DNA from: Neocallimastix sp. 'constans'
Lineage: Eukaryota
Direction of reading: 5' to 3'
DNA length: 64,000 nucleotides
NCBI GenBank assembly: GCA_050613775.1
Contig: JBODTK010000001.1
Coordinates: 1,922,001-1,986,000, forward strand
Shown here: positions 15,601 through 35,691 of the stretch, piece by piece
Layout: each line of letters starts with the position of its first letter
Numbering within the stretch: position 1 is the first letter of the stretch
Notes under the pieces: model-generated
The model's input: only the letters and a program-made list of their open reading frames with translations
Told to the model about the DNA's origin: nothing
The model's database searches: none
Position numbers and translations under genes: made by a program

Positions 15601-17421
15601 AGATTGGAAGGATACATCAATAACAAGCATGATAACAACTGGTTGTGGTGGTCCACTCTAAATAATATTAATTATAATGTAATGATTTAATAGCTAAATA
15701 TAAATTAATAATGATAAATTAATTTTTAATATTTAATTACAGTATATTCTTGAGTAGCAACAAATTCAACAACGGCACTATTTAATTCAGGAATTGTATT
15801 TCTATCCACAGCTTGTCTAGTCTTAGGATCCCAATTATAGAACGCTGGTACTATTTTAATTTTTGAAACAAAAAATTATTTAATACAAATATTATTATAT
15901 TATATATCATATATTTTTTTTTAAAAAAAATATTTAGCACATAATTATAATTACAATCATTAACAGCATGGCAAATGTTACACTTCCATCTTGTACCTTG
16001 ATCAACGAAGGTAATAAATGGATTAATGTAGGCTCTACAAATTTTACATCTAGAAATTACTTCAGGACTAACAACTGGTACTTCAGGCTTTTTATTAAAT
16101 TTATTATTAATTTAAAAAAATTTTAATATTAAGATTAAAAAATTTACATTAAACTTTAACTTTTTGTAAAGCTTCATGAAAACTCAATGATAAATATAAA
16201 ATAAAATTAATTTACCTCATCAGGGCCAATATTTTTATATGGTGAAAGAACTAATCCAAATGGAATCTTTGATTTTTGTAACAAAGCATTATTTTGTGGT
16301 ACAGCATTCAAAGTTGAACAACAATAACTATAAGCTGGATTCTTTTTTTCTGATTGCATGCAAAACTACAAAAAAAAAAATAATGTTAAATGATTTTATT
16401 ATCAAGAAAAAATTTTATTTATAAGATTTAATGATTTTTACTTGTGCAGGGATAATTGGTTCTGGACAATCGTCAATCGCTTGAACATTGGGTGGAGCAT
16501 TAAACAATGAAACTGATGTAACGTTTTTTTGGGAATTTAAATTCATATTTGAAAAGCTATTACTTAATGAATTCATTGGACTTTGGAAACCAGGTACAGG
16601 TGATTGAAGATCTCTCTGCATTATATTTTGTTGACCCATATTTCCTGGTACAAAGAATTGTGGTTGTTGCGGGGTTTGCATTCCTTGATTCATATTTGGA
16701 AGAGAATCTGGACCATTGCTATAGGCTTTTCCCATTTGTTCTGGATACTTTTGTCTGTGACGACCTGTTAATGGTGAGGCACTACCAATATTTGGACTTT
16801 GAGGCATTTGCTTATCAGTTGGTGGTGGCGGAAATCCTGGACTTGGAGAGCGAGAAGATAATTGTGGTGAAAATTGTCCACTAGTCATTTGATATGGTGG
16901 TCTTGACATTTGTGGTGTACCACTTCTACTATAAGATTGTTGTTGAGCTTGTATTGGATTACTTGGTGGTCTGAAAAATTGATTTTGTAAAGGTTGTGGT
17001 TGTTGCATTTGACCCATTGGAGGTTGTGAATTCATTGGTTGTGGAGTCATTGGTGGTTGTGAGGTCATTGCTTGAGGAGTCATTGGTTGTGGAGGTGTGG
17101 ACATTGATCTTTGTTGATTTGGAATTGGGGATTGGAAATTTGGTGGTCGATTTTGAGCAAATTGTTGAGAAGGAGGTTGACCTAGCAATGGTGTGCCTTT
17201 AAATTAAACGATTTAATAATTAAAAATTTTAAATTAATTTCAATATATAAATTATACTTTTTATAATATCTCCAATATATATTTTGAAGAATATATGTAT
17301 ACTTACTCTGCATTCTTTGGGGCTGAGATACTTGACTTCCAAATGGCATACTTTGTTGGTATGGTGAATTTTGGCCACTACCCATCATTGGTGGCCGGAA
17401 TTGTTGATTTTGATTATTCAT
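12695..17421 (-). CDS. SEC24: COPII coat cargo adaptor Sec24, multi-exon
   Basis: P/Q-rich N-terminus; Zn finger [12 protein letters not shown]...WKCNIC; trunk/vWA domain ([19 protein letters not shown]); beta-barrel ([19 protein letters not shown]); gelsolin-like domain (DGIYLLDN); end SYPQFLSHL. Confidence 0.95.
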
Positions 17422-17810
17422 TTAATTATTATCTAGAAAGATTTCATTTATTTATTCAATTATTTAATTACAATGTAATTAAAATATTCATAAAGAATAA
17501 TTATCGTTAAAAAATCATTAATCAACAAAATATATATTTTATTACGTATTTTAATATATTAAATTAAAAATATATTAATAACATTTTATTTATTTATTTA
17601 TTTATTTATTCTAAAATTTAATTTATAAATAATAATAAACAAATTTATTTTAATTTTTATTTTTCAAAAAGCATATAAATTTTTTTTTAAAAAAATTTAA
17701 GTATAGTTTTCAAAATTAATTATATTTTATATTATAGAATAAATTTAATTATTAACATTTATATATTATTATATTCATTTATTGAAATCCATTCTAATAC
17801 TTATATTATT

Positions 17811-17848
<38 letters not shown>

Positions 17849-18397
17849 TTATTAGTATAATGTTGATATCCAATAAATCTTTACAAATACATTTAAAAAT
17901 AAATAAAATTCAAAATTTAATTTTACAATTTTTTTTTTTTACTTAAAAAACTTTTATATTATTTACTTATTTTTTTGTTTTTCTTTTTGTTTATTTTATT
18001 TACTCCTTCTTTTTTTTTTTTTTTTTTGTTATCGGATAATTCTATTGATGGTTTAATTTTATTTTGTTCTTTTGTGCTTATTTATTTTGCTTTTGTTTTT
18101 GTATATTAATTGTTTACTTACTTTAAATTAATATATAAATATAAATATTGTATTATGTTTATTTTATATGAAAACCTTGTAATTTTTGAAATCAAATTAA
18201 AAGTAAATTCTTTATTTTTGTTATGTCTTATTAATTTATTTACTAAAAATTTCAATTCAAAACTTACTATTGCAATGAATACTAAATTATTTAAAAAAAT
18301 ATATATATATTTTATAAAAAATTGTTTTTATGTATAATCTATAATAAATATTTAATATAATCTTTTATTCATAATTAATAATTAATTATTAATGAAT

Positions 18398-18492
<95 letters not shown>

Positions 18493-19095
18493 TTCATTCA
18501 TTCATTCATTTATTCATTATAACCTTTTTTGTCAATATTTATATATATTTTTTTATACTACAAATTGTATACATAATTTATAAATTTGATCCAAAATGGC
18601 CAATAGTAAAGTCACACGATACATTATTAAACATTATTAGATCTTTAATTAATTATTTTTCTATTTTAAACCTTATAAAACTAATGAATTTTTTTATGTT
18701 GCATAAAAAATTTCATATATTATAAATTTAATAAATTATTTAAAAAAAATTTAATACTAAATCATAAAATTAATTTATATTTTATATTCCAAATTTTATA
18801 TTTTATATACTAAGTTTTATATTACTTAAAATAATGTTTTACTGAATTAAAATCTTTAATTTTTAAACATATTATCATTAAAGTAAAGCCTTTTTTTAAA
18901 TAATATATTATTATCCATCATTTAAATTATTAATTTTTTATGCTTATTACTATATAAATTTATGCAGAATATTATTTTAATAGAAGTTATTTAATATCCA
19001 TCATTAATCATTACCGATATTATAATCTCAATTTAAAAATTTTTAAATTTTACCAAATTTTTTAAATTTTTTCTTTTAATCTAATTTACAAATGC

Positions 19096-19181
<86 letters not shown>

Positions 19182-19444
19182 TTAATATTAAATATTAATA
19201 TTTATATATAAAAATACATTTAAATACAATACAATATAATTTAATATAAAATCATAATTTAATTGGTTAAAATTAAAAATATTTTTTTTATGATTAAAGG
19301 CTTTCTTTATAAATATATTAACCAATTAAAAATAATACAATTTAAAATTATTTTTAATTTTTTTTAAAAAAATAAAAAAAAATAATTGAAAATTTTGAAA
19401 TTTTAAATTATATATATATATATAAATTTTAATTATAGTATAAA

Positions 19445-21371
19445 ATGGGTAAAATAAAGAAGTCTTCTCTTGGAAAACTAAGACATGATCCTTTACATGT
19501 TCAAATTTCAAAAGATAAAAATGTTGCTTATAATGTTAAAAACAAAAGAGAAAAAAGAGCTCATAAAAAAGAAGCGGAAGAGGTTTTTATTATTTTTTTT
19601 AAAAATAATAATTAGTTACTTTAAATGATATATTGCGGAATATAATGTAAATGAAAATATAATAATGAATTTTATTTTTCTTATTAAAATATTTCATTCA
19701 AAAGAAACAATTTATTGATCCAAAAACTTCAAAACGTATATTATCTTTAGTTCGTGAACAACAAGAAGAAATAGCAAATGAAGAAAATAATATTAAATTG
19801 TAATTATTTAAATTTAAAATAGATAACATTTTTTATATAATTATATATTAAAAGAAAAACATAATAATTATTGATAATATAAATAATTTTAAGCGTAAAG
19901 AATGAGAAATTATCAAATAATTGGGAAGATAGTGATAATGAGGAACCACTAAGTGATGATGAAATATTAGAAGGTGAATATGAAGATTACACTGCTGACA
20001 TTGTAAGTACTAAATTTAATATGGTTTTTATAAAAATTTTAAATGAACTCATTTTTTTTTTTATTGATTAAACTTAATATAGGAATTAGATGAAAAGGAT
20101 AAACTTATTATGGAACAATTTATGAGTTCCGAACCGAAGAAACAACAAACTTTAGCGGATATTATTATGAATAAAATTAATTCAAATGGTAAAGAAATTG
20201 AAAATCCAGAGGAAGTTGTTCCGGAAGGAATGGATCCAAAAGTTGTTGAAGTTTATTCAAAGTAATTTGAACAATTTTTTTCTGAAAAAAAGAAAGAAAT
20301 GAAATTAATATTATATAATTATATAATATGATTTTCCATTTATATTATTAAAAAGTAAATACAATAAATATATATATTAACAATAATATATATTATTTTA
20401 ATAGAATCGCATTATTAATGAGTAGATATAAATCAGGTAGTTTACCAAAAGTATTTAAAATTATACCTTCATTCCAAAATTGGGAAGAAGTACTATATAT
20501 TACACATCCAGAAAATTGGACACCTAATGCGGTATACCAAGCTACTAGAATTTTTGCTTCCAATTTAAAAACAGATTTAGCACAAAGGTAATTATTAAAA
20601 AAAAAAAAAAAAATATGGTAATAAGGAATAAATTCATTTATTGTAAATACTATGTATTAATCTCTCCTTATATATATTGTCCTTTAAATTAAAAGATTTT
20701 ATAATTTAGTTTTACTTGACAGAGTTCGTGATGAAATTCAGCATACAAAAAAATTAAACTATCATCTTTATATGGCTTTAAAGAAAGCTCTTTATAAACC
20801 AGGTGCTTTCTTTAAAGGTATTTTATTGCCACTCTGTGAATCGGGAACTTGTACTCTAAGAGAAGCTGCCATTATTGGTAGTGTTATTACAAAAGTTAGT
20901 ATTCCAATATTACATTCTAGTGCTGCTTTAATGAAGCTTGCAGATATGGATTATACTGGTAATTATTTTTTTTAATAAAAAAATTATATTACTATTAACA
21001 AAAATATTTATAAATAAAACAATAAAAATAACATTATAATATTAATATATAATATAGGTCCAAATAGTTTATTTATACGTATACTTTTAGATAAAAAATA
21101 TGCACTTCCATTCAAAGTAATTGATGCAGTCGTGTTCCATTTCTTACGTTTTAAGAGAGATCCAAGAGAAATGCCCGTTTTATGGCATCAGTCATTATTA
21201 GTTTTTGCTCAACGTTATAAGGAAGATATTACTCCAGAACAAAGAGAATCATTATTAGATTTAATGAAATATAAATATCATGAACAAATTACACCAGAAA
21301 TTCGTCGTGAATTATCAAATGTTCAAACTAGAGATGAAATGATGGTTGAAGAATCATTTATGGACTTTTAA
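19445..21371 (+). CDS. ENP1: Bystin / Enp1, 40S ribosome biogenesis factor, multi-exon
   Basis: [73 protein letters not shown] and [16 protein letters not shown]. Confidence 0.96.
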
Positions 21372-21739
21372 TTTTAACATATTTATCAGTAATATTTTAA
21401 AATCGTCCTAAAATATATATATATAAATATTCAATAGATGAAATAAAATAAGAAAATTACATAAAAGAAGTATATTCATTATAAATTATAAACCAATAAA
21501 TATATAAAATTAACTTCCGTTTATACTCCATAAAAAATTATAAAAGATCACTGAATTAAAATATATACATATATTTTTTTCAATACACTTAATATATATA
21601 ATAATATAGATTTATATTATAATAATAAAGAAATAATATAAATATATTTCTTATTATAAAAATTTAAGAAAATAATATTATTAAGCAATTATTTATATCT
21701 GATTTATTTTTTTTTACTATTATTTATTTATTTATTTTA

Positions 21740-21781
<42 letters not shown>

Positions 21782-22157
21782 AAATTTTACATTCTTATTA
21801 TAAAAATAAAAATATAAGAAAATAATAACATTAAGCAATTATCTAGATTTGAATTTTTTTTATTTTTCTTACTATTTATTTTTATTTTTGTTTTTGTTTT
21901 TATTTTTATTTTTTATTTGTTTATATTAAATTTTATTTAATTATTATTTATATTTAATAAAAATAAAAATTGAAATTATATAATAAAATTGTTTATTTAT
22001 TTATTTATTTATATATTGATTTGACTTTTTTACATTTTTATATTTATTTCATATTTCTATAATTCATATTTTTATGATTAATTTTTATTGTATTTTCATA
22101 ATTTCGACTGTTTATATATTATTATTGTTATTATAATAATAATTATTATTATGATAA

Positions 22158-26956
<4,799 letters not shown>

Positions 26957-27473
26957 TTTTATAATTTTATTATCAACAATTCTTTTTATATATTTAAAAA
27001 ATTAAAAATGAAAATAAAATAAAGAAAATTTAATATAATAATAATATATAGATTAATATTTATACTTTTACTTTATTTAAATACCAGTATAAATAATTTT
27101 AATTTAAAAAATTCTTTTTATTATATATTTCTAATTATTTTTATTTTTATTTAATAACAATTAAAAACAATTAACTATATTATTATTAATATTATTAACT
27201 TATCTTTAATATTACAAATTTATATTAATTCGTTTTAAACAAAAAAAAAGAATAGAAAAAGTAAAAATTTATTTTTAATCCTATATATAATAATATATAT
27301 TATTAGTATATATTTATAATATTAATATAATATATTATTAATATAATCTAATCTAATTGGAAAAAATTTAATTCATTTTATAAAAATAATTAAATCTATA
27401 TTAAATATTAATGTTAAACAACTCTAAAAATATATAAACAAATTCAAAAAATACATAAAATAAATTTATATAA

Positions 27474-27516
<43 letters not shown>

Positions 27517-30155
27517 ATATCATCAAAAAAAATTTATATAAATTTGTTATAATATTATGGAAGTCTTAATCTTTAAAAGACATTTTACATAAATAAAGGT
27601 ATTTTTTAAATTTAGCATAAAAATTAAAAAAAAAAAAAAAAATTGAAATTAAGTATTTAAAAAATACATTAATAATATTCATATTCAATTGTTTAATTTA
27701 TTAATTAAAAAATGACCAATCCATTTTAAAAGTCTATAATATATTTCATATAATAATATTTTTTATCTAAAATTTATAATGTTGTTAATAAGGAATTCTT
27801 TTTTCCTTTCTATCTTAAAATTTTCCTATTTGACCAGTTATAAGAATAAGTTTTTTAAGATATATGGTATAAATTTACTTTTTTTTCATATCTCGTTAAA
27901 TGGAAAAGTTTATTTAATAAAATTATTCCTTTAATAAAAATCTAAATTCATTTAAATATATTAGAAATAATTATAATATATATTAAATATTTAGTTCTAT
28001 AAAATAAATATTTATTCTTAATAGTACAAAAATATATAATTAAATATATGTATTATTATTATTTTGAGTTAAACTTAACAAAAGAAGGCTACTAATACAT
28101 CAATAGTTTTTTTTTTTCCTTTTTCTTTTTTTATTTTCTTATTTTCTTATTTTCTTATTTTTTGATTATTAATTACTTATATAAATTTTATTAAGATTAT
28201 ATTAAATGTATATATAAGGATTTTTTCTACATAGCAAAAATCTTTAATTTTAAAAATATATTTATTCGTAAAAATTGTCACTGTTTTTCTTCATTTCCAT
28301 TTAACTGAAAAATAATTTTTATTACTAATACTATTAAATAAAAATATATTTCAGAACAAAAATTGCCACTCACTCTTTTCCTTCATTTCTATTTAACTAT
28401 AAAATAATAATTATTAGTAAATATATTATATAATTCATTAAAATAGAAATCATATTTATAATATTTATAATAATATATTAAATAATTACATCAAAAAGAA
28501 AAGAAAAGAAAAAAGAAAAAAAGAAAAAGTTATTGTAAAATAATTATAAAAATTTTTTTATATATTTCATAGAAAAAATGAATTAGTTTGATGATTTATC
28601 TTCAAATATCTAATATCAATGTATATATTTTTTTATTTAATTATTATTTTATTTCCCTTTTAATATTAAAAATATAATTATAAATTTATCAATTTTTTTT
28701 TTTAAATTAATTGTTTTTTTTTTTTTTTTTTTTTAGGAATTAAAAAATAAAATTATATAAATTAAACAAAAAATAATAAATAATTCAATATTATAAATAT
28801 TTTTTATATTATTAAATTATTGATTATTGATTTTATAATTATTTTTATTATTCTATTTTAAATTTAAACTTTATACCTAACAAATTAAAATATTAGTTAT
28901 TATTATACATAAGCATTTATTTTTAAAGGTTCATAATTAAATAAATTTCTTATTTAAACTTTTAATTTAATATTATACTATTAATTTTAAATTAAATTTT
29001 TTTAAAGATATTTTAAAATTTTAAATTATATTCTAATTAAAAAAAAAAATTTTTTTTAACGGCATATTTTTGATATTGAATTTATATATAATCGAAAATA
29101 AAAAAAAATAAAATAAAATAAAATAATTATAATTTTATTATATATTATTATAAATATATTATAATTTCATTCATATTCTTAATTTCATAAATATTTTTAA
29201 AATTATTGAATGATGCTAATCATTTTATATAATGAAATAAAAAAAAAATAATAATTAGAATTATATTATATATATATATTGATTATTATAATTTCATATT
29301 TTTATTTTTGAATAACTTTTATAAATATTTTTTAAAATTAAAGGTTAAAAAATTTTTGAACGATAGTAACCATTTTATATAATAATGAAATAAATGAAAT
29401 ATTTTAAACTTTAATATTGATATAATTGTTACAGTAGTATTATATTATATATGAATAATAATTTATTATTGTCTTTTATTTTATTTTATTTTTTTAATAA
29501 TATATATATAATCGATTATTATTAATGATAATTACATTTAAGTGAGGAGAGTTTTAAGCATAAAAAAAAAAGTTGTTAAGATTATTGTAAAAGATTTAAT
29601 TAGGTTAATTGCATTAAGAATACAAGAATCCTCTAAATACTTTTTAGTAATTTCTTGGTTTTTGTTTATCTATTTATTTATTTTTTATCTAAATAAAGTT
29701 GAGATATTCTAAAGTATTTTATAAATATAATTATATTAATAATTTTATGAAATTGTTGTAATTAAAAAAATCATTATAAAAAATTATTCTAAATATCTAA
29801 ACTCAATCTTGTTTCGTTATAATTTATTTTATATTTATTATATATAATTCTTATTAAGCTTAATTATACAAAATAATATATTTGAAGTTGTTTATTATAA
29901 TAATTACATTATTATTTTAGATTTTAGTTTAAAATTTATATTTTGAATGATAATAAAAAATTTTAGTAAAACTTTCATATTTTTTATAAATATAAATATG
30001 ATAATTAATAATATTAAATAAAGTATTTAATTAGAATCATTCTTATTAATATATATTTCTCTAAAAACTTAAAAAATTCATTTAAACAACTTTTATCAAT
30101 ATTTATATTTTTTTAAATTTTATGTATCTAGTATTAATACCTAATTATAGAACAA

Positions 30156-30437
<282 letters not shown>

Positions 30438-30937
30438 TTATTTTGTTTTGTTTTATTTTTTATTTTTTTTTTAATTATTCAAATATTTATTTTATTTTAA
30501 TTGCTAATAATATTATCTTTTGGTTTGCTTATTAAATAAAGTTTATTTAGAACCAGTTCATTTAATAATAAATTTATCATTAATCGTTTATCAATTATAT
30601 ATCACAATAATTAAATTTTAAAAAGGTAAATTTTATAAGAAACTGTAATAATAATAATAATAATATAATAATAATAATAATAAATAATAATAATAATAAT
30701 TATAATAATAATAATATAATGGTAATAGTAATAATAATAGTAACAACAACAATAATAATTAATAATAATAATAATAATAATTAATAATTAATAATTAAAA
30801 TAAAATAAAATAAAATATTTATAATTATATTTTTATATCAAAATTAATAATTGAAGAATATAGGAGTATTGATTTTGAAATAAAAATATAATTATAAATA
30901 TTTTATTTTTATTATTTTTTTTTATTATTCTTCTGAT

Positions 30938-30983
<46 letters not shown>

Positions 30984-31363
30984 AAATTATACAAAAGTCA
31001 TTAAAATTGACGAAATAAATATATTATTAATTATTTCTAACGATTAAAAGTTATATATATATATATATATTAATTTCAATTATGTTTTAACATCGAAAAA
31101 GTTATATAAAATAAATTATACAATCATTAATTTATTAATTAAATATAACTTTCTTTTGTATATAACAGTTTTAATAAATGATATAAGTATGTGAATATAA
31201 TAAAGTTATATTTCATTAATTTTTATAGTTAATAAAATATGACATGCGTTTAAATGATTATAATATTTTGGATATTTAAAATGATAAAATAAATAATAAA
31301 TAAAATAAATAAAATAAATATAAAAAACCTTATATTTATATTTAGTAATAAATTTTCGAATCG

Positions 31364-31399
<36 letters not shown>

Positions 31400-31968
31400 A
31401 TATATTTTAAAATCCGCAGTAAAATTTTAAATAAAATAATTTTATTTATTAATATATGTATATTATTTTTATTTTCTTTTTGTTAATATACACATATTAA
31501 GAATAAAATAGAATAGGGAAAAAAAAAAAAAATTAAAGAATTATAAAATTAATTTTAATTAATTTTTTTATCTTTATTTTAAAAGTATATTTATATTATA
31601 AATATTAAACATTATTAACTTTAAATTTTTCAATTTTTTTAATCTAATAGTTTTTATTATTTAATAACTAAGAATTTTATAATTCATATATATTAAAGTT
31701 TAAAACTTGTATTTTAATTTAATAAAATAAATAACTTTGATAAAAAAAAAAAAACAATAAAACAAAACAATTTTTTAAAGTTTATAATTTTTTATATACT
31801 CGAAGTAAAAAAAAAATATATATATATATAAAGAAGAAAAAAATACTATTTTTTTTATACAAAGAAAAATATTATTTTTATATATAAAGAAAATAAAAAT
31901 AGTATTTAGGATAAAAAATAAATCAGTAAAATAATTTAATTTTTAAATTTAAGGAATTATATTAGAAA

Positions 31969-32403
31969 ATGTTATATAAGCATTTATCTATTATAAGCCT
32001 TTTATTAATAACCAAGAAGGTAGTTGGTAATGGAATTACAGGTTTTCAAGTTCCAGACAATGTTGTTTGTAATGCTTTTAAGCTCTGCCCACTTAAATGT
32101 AATTATCATTAATAGACACCTATAATAATATATATATTTTAATATAAAAAAAAATATTATGGTATAATATTAATAAAGTTAATTAATGAATATTTTCATA
32201 ATTAATAAATTAATAATTAAACAATAGCTGAATACCAAGAAATCTTAGATAATCCTGATGAATATATTAGTGATAATATCAATTTAAGTGACCCACAATA
32301 TCATCAATGTTGTAACCAATACAGTAAGTAAAATAATGGATATAATAATATTAAGTATAATGATATGAATTATTTTTCATTAATAAAATTTTTTAAATTA
32401 CAA

Positions 32404-32475
<72 letters not shown>

Positions 32476-34663
32476 TAAAATGTTGAATAAAGATCAATGT
32501 GGCGAAACTGACGATTTCTGTGGACCATTTTGTCAAAGTGGTGCATGTGATCCAGTTATTGCTGCTGATGATGAAGATGCTCCTTATGAAGGTATGGAAT
32601 GGTTATTAAAATGTAAGAATCTTGTTATGGATAATAAATGTAGTAATAAATGTCCATGTGAAAGTGGTACTTGCAATTTAGATACTGGAGTATGTGAAGG
32701 TGCTGATGAAGCTTCCATTAGTAGTGTTTCTGCAGATTGTAACGCTTTACCAAGTGGATCATGTAATAAGGACTGTCCATGTAAGAATGGAATGTGCTGT
32801 TCAAGTTATGGTTACTGTGGTGATAATGAAAACTACTGTGGTATTGGTTGTCTTAATGGTCCATGTCTTTATGCCCCAAAACCAGCTGATTGTCCAAATG
32901 ACGGCACTTGTAGTGCCGATTGTCCATGTCCAGAAGGTTACTGTTGTTCTAAATACGGATATTGTGGTACAGGAGATCTTTTCTGTGGTGAAGGATGTCA
33001 AAGTGGTAACTGTAATGGTAAAATTAATCCACCACCAGTTATAATTAAAACTACTGCTACTACCACTACAAAGCCAATTACTAGTATTGTTGTTACCACA
33101 TCTGCTGCTCCACCAGCACCAACTGTTAGTGATTGCAGTGGATTAAATACAGGAGCATGTAATGAAAATTGTCCATGTAAGAATCCAGATCACTGTTGTT
33201 CAAAGTATGGATACTGTGGTACAGGTGCTCAATATTGTGGGGCTGGTTGCATTAATGGACCATGTGGAACTAGTGAAATTTCTGAATCAGTTGTTGAACC
33301 AACCACTACTAAAAGTACTATGAAACCAACAACTACTGAAACAAAGAGTACTACTTCAAAGAAAACCACCACTACAAAGAAAGCTACCACTTCAAAGAAG
33401 ACTTCTACTTCAAAGAAAACTACTACTACTTCAAAAAAAACTAATACTTCAAAGAAGATTACTACTACTAATGTAAAGCCAAGTAGTACCTCTTCTACTC
33501 CAGGAGCCAAGGGCAAGGCTGGTGTTATTATGTACCTTACCAACTGGTCTATCTATTCCAGATTCACTAATGTAGCTAACTACGATTTCTCCGGTGTAGA
33601 TGTTATTAACTACGCCTTCTTTAATGTTGATGCAGGAGGTAATGTCTTAACTCTTGATGAATGGGCTGATTATGGATGGGGTAATGGTGGTTTGATTCGT
33701 ATCTTAACTCATGATATTAAGGCAAAGTATCCAAATATTAAAGTTGTTGTATCTATTGGTGGTTGGTCATGTTCTCAATACTTCTCTGATGTTGCTGCAA
33801 GTGCTTCTGCTAGAAAGAATTTCGCTAAAAACATCTTAAATATCATTAACACTAACGGCTTCGATGGTGTTGATCTTGATTGGGAATACCCAGGAGGTGG
33901 TGGTCTTGACGGTAACCACGCAAGAGCTGACGATGCCAAAAACTTCCTTCTCATGTTACAAGATATTAGGAGTGTTATTGGTAATGACTACCTTCTTACT
34001 ATTGCCAACTCTGCTAATGCTTCCATTTATGGTGAATATTTAATTAATATTAGTAAGACTGTTGATTGGGTTGGTGTTATGACTTACGATATGGCTGGTG
34101 CTTGGAATGCCTATTCTGGTTTCAACTCACCACTTTATATTGATAAGACTAAGGATAAGAATGGTCAAACAAGTATTTCTGATGTCGTTCAAGATTATAT
34201 TAGTAAGGGTGTTGACCCAAGTAGAATTGTTATTGGTGGTGCTTTCTATGGTAGATCATGGATGGTAACTTCTGGTGAAAACAATGGCGCTTACCAATTA
34301 TGTCAACAAACCTCATGGGGTGTTCAAGGTGGTGTTTGCAATGCCATTGTTGGTGATTCCTTTGATGTTGCATGGGCTCCAACTGGTGTTTGGGCTTACT
34401 ATAGTTTAAGAAAACAGGGACTCTTAAGTTCATCAACTAGTGCTAAATCTCCATGGATCCGTAAATACCATGAATTAGAAGTTTGTCCATCTCTTTACAA
34501 CTATAATACTAAGGTATTCATTGGATATGATGATCCAAAGTCTCTTAAAGAGAAAACTCAATATGCTCGTAATAATGGTCTTGCTGGTATTATGGTATGG
34601 GAAATAAGTGAAGATTATGAAAGAGAATTATTAAATGCCATGAATGAAGGATGGAATAATTAA
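31969..34663 (+). CDS. Secreted GH18 chitinase with four hevein-like CBM18 chitin-binding modules and a Thr/Lys-rich linker; 3 exons (31969-32098, 32228-32322, 32493-34663)
   Basis: Signal peptide-like MLYKHLSIISLLLIT. CBM18 cores CCNQYNQCG, CCSSYGYCG, CCSKYGYCG and CCSKYGYCG. GH18 motifs SIGGW, FDGVDLDWEYPG (intact DxxDxDxE), MTYDMAG, YGRSW, YDDPKS and GIMVWE. Confidence 0.95.
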
Positions 34664-35034
34664 ATTCATATATATAGATAAAAAAAAAAAAAAAAAAAAG
34701 AATAAATTCAATTAAACAATAGCATTTTTATATAATAATTTTGAAATTTCATAGTTTAGTATTTAGCATATTTAGTATAAAGCATATTTTATTTCATGAA
34801 GTATTAATAATTTTCATATACACATAGCATTTTTGTTTTATTATTATATATATAAAATTAATATTCCATTAATATTAATAATTAAAAATAATAATAATAA
34901 TAATATATATATTTATAAATTACATATAAAAATGATAATGTACATTTAAAAAACAAATAAATAAAAAAATATATATAAATAAATAGCGTACGTACGCTGT
35001 ACAAATTATTATAATGAATATTAATTGTGGTATT

Positions 35035-35078
35035 AATTGGTTATATATAAATTGGTTATATATAAATTGGTTATATAT
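35035..35078. repeat. Short tandem repeat of the 15-bp unit ATTGGTTATATATAA, about 3 copies
   Basis: Directly visible in the sequence. Confidence 0.85.
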
Positions 35079-35244
35079 TTCTTTTTTATATTATTTAATT
35101 AATATAATTTAATTAAATATATTTAAGTATATTTGAATATTATTATTAAATTATTATAAATAATTTTTGAAGCTTGAAAAGAACTAAAAAAAAAAAAAAA
35201 AAATTTAAAAAAAAAAAAAAAAAAGAAAGAAAGAAAAAGAATTG

Positions 35245-35292
<48 letters not shown>

Positions 35293-35346
35293 AAGAAAGA
35301 AAGAAAAAGAATTGAAAAAAAAAAAAGAAAGAAAGAAAAAGAATTG

Positions 35347-35386
<40 letters not shown>

Positions 35387-35460
35387 ATTAAAAAAAGTAT
35401 ATACTAATATTTATAAAATTTTGAGAATAAACTTTGCATTCTAATATATAATAAATATTT

Positions 35461-35691
35461 ATCGCTTCAAAGGAAAGATAGGAACTGGAGAAGCTCACCG
35501 AGAAAAAGCGTACTAGAAAATTCTCAACAATAATATACATGTCAGAGCGCCAATGCAAATACTTACTAGGCCGTCCAGCGGGGACATTATCTGCCTATGC
35601 CAAGTGTTGTGACTACATCAAATATACTCACTGCCCTTGAGGGGGGGTGCTGAAACTAAAGGCGGTACACGTCGGAATAAAAAAAAAAAAA
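35461..35691 (+). mobile_element. GC-richer island, probably the 3' tail of a 5'-truncated non-LTR retrotransposon (ncRNA/SINE not excluded)
   Basis: Sharp compositional island. Open frame ELEKL...CKYLLGRPAGTLSAYAKCCDYIKYTHCP ends at TGA 35638-35640, followed by about 40 nt of GC-rich sequence, AATAAA, an A-tract and (TA)n. Confidence 0.45.

Noticed and set aside
16549..17202. Plus-strand ORFs opposite SEC24, and similar shadow ORFs over the ADE17, chitinase and LINE ORFs
   Set aside because: These are antisense or alternate-frame by-products of real coding sequence.
18392..18583. (FIYL)n ORF
   Set aside because: It is a translation of a (TTTA)n microsatellite.
21648..21860. Short local duplications (also about 22690-22765, 28270-28410, 29205-29395 and 48470-48530)
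   Set aside because: AT-rich slippage-type duplications with no sign of function.
35461..35680. Island as U1, U2, U5 snRNA, RNase MRP or hammerhead ribozyme
   Set aside because: Only short partial matches (ATCGCTTC, ATACTTAC, GCCTTT, GTCCCCG, GAAAC); the invariant continuations and the CUGANGA core are absent.
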